The translations under genes and the position numbers were made by a program. Under the pieces are notes generated by a model. The model saw only the letters and a list, made by a program, of their open reading frames with translations, was not told where the DNA came from and searched no databases. From Nautiliaceae bacterium (GTDB lineage Bacteria > Campylobacterota > Campylobacteria > Campylobacterales > Nautiliaceae), in the NCBI GenBank assembly GCA_039831155.1, contig JBDONT010000038.1, forward strand, positions 1-35,516: 35,516 nucleotides of DNA, in the 5' to 3' direction. Below, piece after piece: positions 29,688-35,516 of the stretch (its first letter is position 1; the number at the start of each line of letters is the position of its first letter).

Positions 29688-30298
29688 AATATATCCTTTA
29701 GTTCGATTTTGTATTTATTAAATCTGAATTCGGCTTCTTTTAAATAAAAAAAGAAGTTTTCGTTTTTTATACCTTTGAATTTTTTTATAAACTCTTCAAA
29801 GTACTCCCAAAACATCGGAATTGTAATATTTGTTTTGATTTTGATGATATGACTTTGGGTTAAAAGTTTTTTAATTTCCGTAGGGGATAAGTTTTCGTAT
29901 GCTTTCATATCGCTAAGCAAAATATTATAAACCTTTGCTCCATAGTCTATAGTTAAAAAATTTTGTGCTTTGTAAATTGCTGATTTTTGTTTTTTATTTG
30001 TTTTGGGGATATAGAGATATTCTGCAAACTCTTTTATGGATTCTTTTTTTAAAAACTCTTCTTCACATATTTTTGCCATTATTTTTCTTATATGTTGAAT
30101 TTCTTTAACTACGCTTGCATAGGAAAAGTTGTATTTATTTGCAATTTCACCGGGGGAGAGGTTTTGTAAAAATGAGTGCAGTATTTTTGCTTTTCTATCT
30201 ATTTTTTTGGGTGAAAATTTTCTTTTACACTTTGCACATTTATAATAGCCGTTGTTTAGTTTGTATATGATATAGTGGTTGCAGTAAATACAGCTCAT
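29684..30298 (-). CDS. IS1595-transposase-derived protein (Zn ribbon, HTH, degenerate DDE domain)
   Basis: C3xxC6...C21xxC24, HTH-like segment at aa 47-71, C-terminal FW.......KFKGI....F..YLKE.EFRFN signature. Has its own -10 (30325-30330) and RBS, and a 4-bp overlap with pdxA. Confidence 0.75.
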   Translation of the reverse strand: MSCIYCNHYIIYKLNNGYYKCAKCKRKFSPKKIDRKAKILHSFLQNLSPGEIANKYNFSYASVVKEIQHIRKIMAKICEEEFLKKESIKEFAEYLYIPKTNKKQKSAIYKAQNFLTIDYGAKVYNILLSDMKAYENLSPTEIKKLLTQSHIIKIKTNITIPMFWEYFEEFIKKFKGIKNENFFFYLKEAEFRFNKYKIELKDIL

Positions 30299-30346
30299 AT
30301 AAATCCTTTAAGTTTAGTTCTGAAATTATACAAGAAAAAAGAAAAT

Positions 30347-30377
30347 TTAATTAATTTTTAAGATTTTTTGATATTAT
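30347..30377 (+). promoter_or_regulatory. Promoter-like unit 1 (TTAA-N7-TTAAG...TGATATTAT)
   Basis: TTAA at 30347, TTAAG at 30358, extended -10 at 30369-30377. Confidence 0.45.
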
Positions 30378-30419
30378 TTAATTGACCGTTTTAGAAAGTT
30401 TCTTTTAGTGAATGAGTAT

Positions 30420-30451
30420 TTAATCTAATCTTAAGTTTCTTTTTTTATAAT
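30420..30451 (+). promoter_or_regulatory. Promoter-like unit 2, upstream of the candidate sRNA
   Basis: TTAA at 30420, TTAAG at 30431, TATAAT at 30446-30451. Confidence 0.5.
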
Positions 30452-30457
30452 TTTAAA

Positions 30458-30566
30458 GCCTTTTAAAAAGTTTCTTCTTAAGAAGAAACCTCCCTCTTTC
30501 TTTAGTGACTGACTCCTTTTTAGGTTCTTGTATATTTTTAGAACTTTGCCTTGAGTTTGTTTTTTT
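30458..30566 (+). ncRNA. Candidate small regulatory RNA with C/U-rich anti-SD motifs
   Basis: Follows a TATAAT. Contains a 20-bp perfect palindrome (30470-30489), CCTCCCTCTTTC (30489-30500), ACTCCTTTT (30512-30520), a second stem AGGTTCT...AGAACTT (30522-30546) and a downstream T run; no ORF. Ends are approximate. Confidence 0.45.
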
Positions 30567-30605
30567 AAAAGTTTAGTCCTAAAAATAAATAAGAAACTCT
30601 AAATT

Positions 30606-30636
30606 TTAAGTTTTTATTAAGTTTTTAGAGTATAAT
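30606..30636 (+). promoter_or_regulatory. Promoter of the nikMNQO operon
   Basis: TTAAGTTTTT direct repeat with 11-bp period (30606, 30617), TATAAT at 30631-30636, AAGGA RBS. Confidence 0.6.
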
Positions 30637-30658
30637 TTCTCAAAAAAAAGGATATAAA

Positions 30659-31300
30659 ATGCACATTCCTGACGGATATATTTCACCGGCGACTTGTGCT
30701 ATAACGTATGCGATTGCCGTGCCTTTGTGGTATGTGGGGTTTAAAAAGCTAAAAGAAAAGCTAAACGAAAACACTTTGCCTATTTTGGCTGCATTGAGTG
30801 CTTTGAGTTTTATTATTATGATGTTTAATATTCCGGTACCGGGAGGTACGTCAGCCCATGCGGTGGGGGCTGTTGCTATTTCTATTTTGTTTGGACCTTG
30901 GGTCGGATTTGTTGCCGTATCTCTTGTGCTTTTGATTCAAGCAATAATCTTTGGAGACGGTGGTATAAGTGCCTGGGCTATAAACTCTTTGGCAATGGGA
31001 TTTGTAGGTAGCTTTGTAGGGTACTATGTGTTTAATGCATTAAAAAAATATAAATTCGCACCTTTTATAGCCGGATATGTGGGAATTGTGGCTTCTGCTG
31101 TGGTAATAGGGGTGATTTTGGGTATTCAGCCTATGTTTTGGAGTGTTAATGGTGAGCCTGAATATTTTCCTTTCGGGTTAAGCGTATCTCTTCCTGCTAT
31201 GATAGGGGTACATCTGTTAATAGGTGTAGCAGAAGGTATTTTAACTCAAATCGTTTATAACTTGGTAGATGAAAAAATGAAAAAGGAAGTGGCGATATGA
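30659..31300 (+). CDS. nikM: ECF transporter substrate-binding component, nickel type (NikM/CbiM family)
   Basis: N-terminal MHIPDG (NikM-type; CbiM typically MHIMEG), GGTSAH, FGDGG and HLLIG..EG..T. Confidence 0.88.
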   Translation: MHIPDGYISPATCAITYAIAVPLWYVGFKKLKEKLNENTLPILAALSALSFIIMMFNIPVPGGTSAHAVGAVAISILFGPWVGFVAVSLVLLIQAIIFGDGGISAWAINSLAMGFVGSFVGYYVFNALKKYKFAPFIAGYVGIVASAVVIGVILGIQPMFWSVNGEPEYFPFGLSVSLPAMIGVHLLIGVAEGILTQIVYNLVDEKMKKEVAI

Positions 31301-31599
31301 AAAAGAAACTTTTTATTCTACTGGGGGTATTGATTGCATTGCTTCCTTTGGGGCTTTTAACTGACGCACCGGCGTGGGGTGAATGGGATAGTGAATATTT
31401 TAAAAAGGTTTTGGGTTATATTCCTCAAGGAATAGAGAGACTGGGGGATAAGTTTTCTTTTAAAGTGTTGTTTCCGGATTATTCGCTTCCGGGAAGCAGT
31501 GATATTATAGGGTATTATTTAAGTGCTATAGTGGGGGCTTTACTTATATTTGTAATTTACTATCTTATTTTTCTTGCAGTAAAAAGGAAAGAGAGTTGA
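31297..31599 (+). CDS. nikN: NikN/PDGLE-like auxiliary ECF component
   Basis: PLGLL...AWGEW...LFPDY...GY..SA.VG with two TM helices. Confidence 0.75.
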   Translation: MKKKLFILLGVLIALLPLGLLTDAPAWGEWDSEYFKKVLGYIPQGIERLGDKFSFKVLFPDYSLPGSSDIIGYYLSAIVGALLIFVIYYLIFLAVKRKES

Positions 31600-32126
31600 G
31601 GATTTTTTTTCTTTTCTTTTTTTTCGCTCTTCTTTATCTTAAAAGAATAGATATTATCTTAGGAGTAATCGGAGTTTTATTTTTACTGGATTATAAGTAT
31701 TTTTTTAAACGTGTGAAAAAGGTGTTTTTTTCAATTCTCTTTTTTAATACGGGAGTTAGTTTGGGGTATGTGTTTATGGCTTATTTTAAGGGGATTTCTC
31801 CTTGGCATTATATTGTTTATATTAATCTAAAAGTCTTTATGATGACTTATTTTGTATTTTGGTTTTTCAGCAAGGTAAATGTAGTTGAGTTTTTTTCTTT
31901 CTCTAAGGATTTTAGTTATCTTTTAACTATGACTCTTTCTCAAATCTTTTCCTATAAAAAGACCTTTGAAGATTTTAGAATGGCTTTTAAGTCTAGAGTT
32001 GTTAGTTTAAGGGATAAGGAAAAAAAGTTTATTTCGAATACTTTTAGGTTTTTTTTTAAAAAGGCTATGAGAGATTCTAAAGAAAAAGCACTTGCAATGA
32101 GGGCTAGAGGTTTTTTTGAAGATTAG
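31596..32126 (+). CDS. nikQ: ECF transmembrane T component (NikQ/CbiQ)
   Basis: Hydrophobic, with KSR and C-terminal AMRARGF motifs; lies between nikN and the ATPase. Confidence 0.75.
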   Translation: MRIFFLFFFFALLYLKRIDIILGVIGVLFLLDYKYFFKRVKKVFFSILFFNTGVSLGYVFMAYFKGISPWHYIVYINLKVFMMTYFVFWFFSKVNVVEFFSFSKDFSYLLTMTLSQIFSYKKTFEDFRMAFKSRVVSLRDKEKKFISNTFRFFFKKAMRDSKEKALAMRARGFFED

Positions 32127-32134
32127 GAGTATGA

Positions 32135-32887
32135 ATGGTTAAAATAGAAAACGGATATTTTGAATATGAGGATAGTCTGGCGTTAGACGGTATTGGTTTG
32201 GAAATTAAGAAAAATGAAAAGGTTATTTTATTCGGAAATAACGGAAGTGGAAAATCTACTCTTTTGAGAATTTTGGGGGGGCTTTATTTTTTAAAAAAGG
32301 GTAATTATTTTTTCGAAGATAAAAAAATAACTAAAAAAAGTGTAAATAAAGAGTTTAGAAAGAGTGTAGGGATTTTGTTTCAAAATCCGGAAGCTATGAT
32401 TTTTAATCCGACGGTTTATGATGAAATAGCTTTTTCGCTTAAAGAATTCGGATTTGATAATATAGATGATAGGGTAATTGAAATTGCAAAAAGGTTTGAA
32501 ATAGAGAAGCTTTTGAAAAAATCTCCTTTAGAACTTAGTGGAGGAGAAAAACAAAAAGTAATGTTAAGTGCGATTTTGGTATATGAGCCTAAACTTTTGC
32601 TTTTAGATGAACCTACAGCCGCAATGGACCCTAAAACGAGCGGGTGGTTTGTGGATTTTATGTATGATATCGATATTACTTGTTTGATAGCCACTCACGA
32701 TTTGGCTTTGGGGTATGAGCTTAGCAATAGAGCCGTTGTTATGAGTGAAGAGCATAAGATTATTTATGACGGCGATATGGAAAAGCTTATGGGAGATGTG
32801 GAGGTTTTATTAAAAGCGAATTTAATTTATAAACCCAAACATAATAAAAAAAGGTTTGTCAATTCTAATTATCATTTCCATTTTTGA
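32135..32887 (+). CDS. nikO: ECF ATPase (NikO/CbiO)
   Basis: GNNGSGKS, FQNP, LSGGE, LLLLDEPT and THD. Confidence 0.88.
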   Translation: MVKIENGYFEYEDSLALDGIGLEIKKNEKVILFGNNGSGKSTLLRILGGLYFLKKGNYFFEDKKITKKSVNKEFRKSVGILFQNPEAMIFNPTVYDEIAFSLKEFGFDNIDDRVIEIAKRFEIEKLLKKSPLELSGGEKQKVMLSAILVYEPKLLLLDEPTAAMDPKTSGWFVDFMYDIDITCLIATHDLALGYELSNRAVVMSEEHKIIYDGDMEKLMGDVEVLLKANLIYKPKHNKKRFVNSNYHFHF

Positions 32888-32893
32888 TATAAT
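32885..32893 (+). promoter_or_regulatory. Extended -10 promoter for hypBCD
   Basis: TGATATAAT overlapping the nikO stop codon, with an AAAGGAG RBS downstream. Confidence 0.6.
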
Positions 32894-32917
32894 CTAATAA
32901 AATTTAAAGGAGTTATA

Positions 32918-33628
32918 ATGGCTGAAATTATTAACGAAGATATTAAAAACAATCCTCAATTGTCTCATAAAGTAACGGTAATTGAAAAAATATTAAGCAA
33001 AAATAATGCAATGGCTGATGAGATAAGAAGTGAATTTAACAAACATAAAATCACTTGTTTTAATATGATGAGTAGCCCAGGAAGTGGAAAAACTACGACT
33101 CTTGAAAATCTTGCAGATAGACTGCCTTATAAGTTTGCGGTCATTGAAGGTGACCTTGAAACTAGTAGGGATGCTCAAAGACTTAGAAATAAAGGAATTT
33201 GGTCTTTTCAACTTCAAACCGGGCGTGCTTGTCACTTAGATGCCGGAATGGTAAAACACGCAATGCCTCATTTTCCGTTTGATGAGGTGGAAGTGGCTTT
33301 TATTGAAAATGTAGGGAATCTTGTGTGTCCTGCAAGTTATGATGTAGGGGCTCATTATAATATGGTGTTTGTAAGCGTACCGGAGGGAGATGATAAAATC
33401 GAAAAATATCCGGTAATGTTTAGAAAAGCCGATATTGTAATTATTACAAAAGCAGATATGGTGGATTATTTTGATTTTGATATCGAAAGAGCTATTGAAA
33501 ATGCAAGAAAACTAAAACCCGGAGTTCCGGTAGTGTTACTTAACAATAAAACCGGTGAAGGGCTTGATGAGATAATTGAGTGGATTAAAGAAAAACGTCA
33601 AGAACATTTAAAAAGTTTGGAGGGTTAA
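32918..33628 (+). CDS. hypB: Hydrogenase nickel incorporation GTPase
   Basis: SSPGSGKTT, EGD, ACHLDA, ENVGNLVCPA, EGDDK..KYP and TKAD. Confidence 0.95.
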   Translation: MAEIINEDIKNNPQLSHKVTVIEKILSKNNAMADEIRSEFNKHKITCFNMMSSPGSGKTTTLENLADRLPYKFAVIEGDLETSRDAQRLRNKGIWSFQLQTGRACHLDAGMVKHAMPHFPFDEVEVAFIENVGNLVCPASYDVGAHYNMVFVSVPEGDDKIEKYPVMFRKADIVIITKADMVDYFDFDIERAIENARKLKPGVPVVLLNNKTGEGLDEIIEWIKEKRQEHLKSLEG

Positions 33629-33629
33629 T

Positions 33630-33938
33630 ATGTGTTTGGCAATTCCTAGTAAAGTTTTGAGTATAGATGAGAATAATATTGCTGAAGTTGATACGTTGGG
33701 TGTTAAAAGACAAGTTAGTCTTGATTTGATTCAAGAAGAGGTAAAACCGGGGGATTATGTTTTAATTCACGTAGGGTATGCAATGGGAAAAATTGATGAA
33801 AAAGAGGCTCTTGAGAGTATAGAAATTTATAAGCAGTTGGCAGAAGCCGCTATGCAAGATGATTTCGCTATAGAACCTGAAAGGCTTGTCAGTGAAGATG
33901 GGCCTTTGCTTTATAAACCGGAGGAAGAGAATAAATAA
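33630..33938 (+). CDS. hypC: Hydrogenase assembly chaperone
   Basis: MCLAIP and GDYVLIHVGYA. Confidence 0.95.
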   Translation: MCLAIPSKVLSIDENNIAEVDTLGVKRQVSLDLIQEEVKPGDYVLIHVGYAMGKIDEKEALESIEIYKQLAEAAMQDDFAIEPERLVSEDGPLLYKPEEENK

Positions 33939-33951
33939 AAAAGAGGTGTAA

Positions 33952-35070
33952 ATGGAAAATTTAACATTAAAAGATTTATATTTTAAGTTTCGTGACCCTA
34001 AGGCTATGAAAACTTTAACCGAACTTATAAAAAAAGAGGCTGCAAAATTAAAAGAGCCTATGAGGGTTATGGAGATATGTGGAGGGCATACTCATACAAT
34101 TATGAAATATGGAATTAAGCAGCTTTTGCCTGAAAACATTACCTTTATCCACGGACCCGGGTGTCCGGTGTGCGTAATGCCAAAAGAGAGAATCGACCAC
34201 GCAATAGAATTAGCCAAACAACCGAATGTAATCTTAGCAACTCTTGGAGATATGATAAGAGTACCCGGAAGTAAATCAAGTCTTGCAAAAGTTAGGGCTG
34301 AGGGGGCAGATGTAAGACCTCTTCATTCGACTCTTGACGTTTTAAAAATCGCAAAGGAAAATCCAGATAAGAAAGTCGTATTTTTTGCCATAGGGTTTGA
34401 AACGACAACTCCAATGACGGCAGCACTTATGGATAGGGCTTTTAAAGAGGGCGTTAGAAATATTTACTACCATATAAATCACGTACTTGTTCCACCTCCA
34501 ATGCGTGCTATAATGGACACGGGAGATGCTAAAATTAACGCATTTATTGGACCAAGTCACGTGAGTGTGATAATAGGGGCTAAGGCTTATGAATTTTTAA
34601 CGTGTGAATATAATACCCCGGTAGTTGTAGCCGGATTTGAGCCGGTGGATGTAATGGAGAGTATTTATATGCTAATAAAGCAAAAAAATGAAGGTAGATG
34701 TGAAGTTGAAAACCAATATAAAAGAGCTACAACCTGGGAAGGAAACGTAGTAGCTCAAAAATTGATTGATAAATACTTAGAAGTTAGAGATACTTTTAGA
34801 TGGAGAGGGCTTGGAGATATTCCAAAGAGTGCTTTAAAGCTAAGAGATGAGTATGCTGAGTTTGATGCTGAGAAAGTTTTTGCTCATATACTTCCAAATG
34901 AACCAATTGATGACCATAAGCTTTGTATTTGTGGAGATATTTTAAAAGGTCTAAAAACTCCAAAAGATTGTAAAGTGTTTGGCACAGCTTGTACGCCATC
35001 TACCCCTCTTGGTAGCTGTATGGTAAGTGATGAAGGGGCTTGTAATGCGTATTATAGGTATGATAGGTAG
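33952..35070 (+). CDS. hypD: Hydrogenase formation protein
   Basis: MEICGGH, GPGCPVC, GFETT, PSHVS and a C-terminal 4Fe-4S Cys cluster (GSCMVS.EGAC). Confidence 0.96.
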   Translation: MENLTLKDLYFKFRDPKAMKTLTELIKKEAAKLKEPMRVMEICGGHTHTIMKYGIKQLLPENITFIHGPGCPVCVMPKERIDHAIELAKQPNVILATLGDMIRVPGSKSSLAKVRAEGADVRPLHSTLDVLKIAKENPDKKVVFFAIGFETTTPMTAALMDRAFKEGVRNIYYHINHVLVPPPMRAIMDTGDAKINAFIGPSHVSVIIGAKAYEFLTCEYNTPVVVAGFEPVDVMESIYMLIKQKNEGRCEVENQYKRATTWEGNVVAQKLIDKYLEVRDTFRWRGLGDIPKSALKLRDEYAEFDAEKVFAHILPNEPIDDHKLCICGDILKGLKTPKDCKVFGTACTPSTPLGSCMVSDEGACNAYYRYDR

Positions 35071-35073
35071 TTT

Positions 35074-35082
35074 TGGTATAAT
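35074..35082 (+). promoter_or_regulatory. Extended -10 promoter for the MNT gene
   Basis: TGGTATAAT immediately after the hypD stop. Confidence 0.55.
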
Positions 35083-35099
35083 AAATAAAAAGGCTTTTG

Positions 35100-35390
35100 A
35101 TGACTAAAAAAGAGATTTTAACTTTTCTTAAAAGCCATAAAAATGAAATTTATAAAAAGTTTAAAGCAAAAAAAATAGGACTTTTTGGTTTTTTTGCTAA
35201 AAATGAGAATAATAAAAAAAGTGATATTGATATCTATGTTGAGTTTGAAGAGAAAAGTTTTGATAATTTAGTTGGGCTTTATGAGTATTTGGAAAACAAC
35301 TTTCATCAAAGAGTTGATATTTATTATCCTCATAAGTTTAGTAATAAAAGAGTATTAGAAAAAATTAAAAAAGAAGTTATTTATGGATGA
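35100..35390 (+). CDS. Minimal nucleotidyltransferase (MNT) antitoxin-like protein with altered GS motif
   Basis: IGLFG(F)FAK.E....SDIDIYVEF...L..YLE..F..RVD; size and motifs fit the MNT family. Confidence 0.8.
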   Translation: MTKKEILTFLKSHKNEIYKKFKAKKIGLFGFFAKNENNKKSDIDIYVEFEEKSFDNLVGLYEYLENNFHQRVDIYYPHKFSNKRVLEKIKKEVIYG

Positions 35391-35460
35391 GAGTGATATT
35401 TGCAATGAAAAACTTGACGAGTTAAAAGAGAAAATTACTCAGTTGGTGTTTTTAGAATAA
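35383..35460 (+). pseudogene. Internally deleted HEPN (DUF86-like) toxin remnant
   Basis: A 25-aa ORF, MDESDICNEKLDELKEKITQLVFLE*, overlaps the MNT stop as HEPN partners do. It resembles only the last HEPN helix and has no RxxxxH motif. Confidence 0.5.
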
Positions 35461-35476
35461 AAGTAGCAAGAAAAGA

Positions 35477-35509
35477 AGCTGCTATCTTTTTGAAGAGTTT
35501 TTAGCAGCT
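35477..35509. repeat. Short inverted repeat (possible terminator or small repeat element)
   Basis: AGCTGCTA (35477-35484) and TAGCAGCT (35502-35509). Confidence 0.35.
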
Positions 35510-35516
35510 GCTCTTT

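Noticed and set aside
29684-30298. Active IS1595 element
   Set aside because: Catalytic motifs are altered, no IRs or TSD were seen, and the stop overlaps the pdxA start.
30299-30658. Cobalamin or NiCo riboswitch, or a NikR box, upstream of nikM
   Set aside because: No B12-box elements or GC-rich multi-stem junction. nikM has a proximal -10 giving a short leader, and no convincing NikR palindrome was found by eye.
1312-34999. Short ORF-track entries antisense or out of frame to real genes (e.g. 1312-1527, 1616-1975, 2515-2802, 3725-4060, 17363-17791, 19812-20309, 21172-21537, 29197-29520)
   Set aside because: They overlap well-supported genes, have F/S/I-rich shadow composition and show no recognisable motifs.
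1-35516. tRNA/rRNA genes, prophage genes, long poly-G phase-variable tracts
   Set aside because: None recognised; intergenic gaps are short and AT-rich, and the G/C runs noticed were too short.

Overview
AT-rich chromosomal window from a Campylobacterota (epsilonproteobacterium). Gene content and order (mobB-fbp-metG, cbpA-hspR, AsmA-like/mltG-icd-mdh-sucCD-oorDABC, hypBCD) suggest a free-living hydrogen-oxidising member, possibly Nautiliaceae; this is an inference. The left edge holds the 3' end of an IS3-family element nested inside an IS256-family transposase remnant. Housekeeping genes follow (cca, ciaD-like, leuB/leuD, mobB, fbp, metG, Nudix, PMM/PGM, cbpA-hspR with a HAIR-like operator). 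Next is an (r)TCA cluster (icd, mdh, two-subunit fumarase, sucCD, oorDABC), interrupted by a Cache-domain chemoreceptor and sharing a GTTWC-N5-GWAAC upstream motif. A ferritin-like gene and pdxA come after it. The most unusual part is 29684-30658: an intact but catalytically degenerate IS1595-transposase-derived gene coupled to pdxA. It is divergent from a 360-bp region with three look-alike promoters, a candidate anti-Shine-Dalgarno sRNA and a decayed tandem copy of it, ahead of a NikMNQO nickel ECF transporter and hypBCD. The window ends in a decaying MNT-HEPN toxin-antitoxin pair. No CRISPR array, tRNA or rRNA was seen. All calls are by eye, without database searches.
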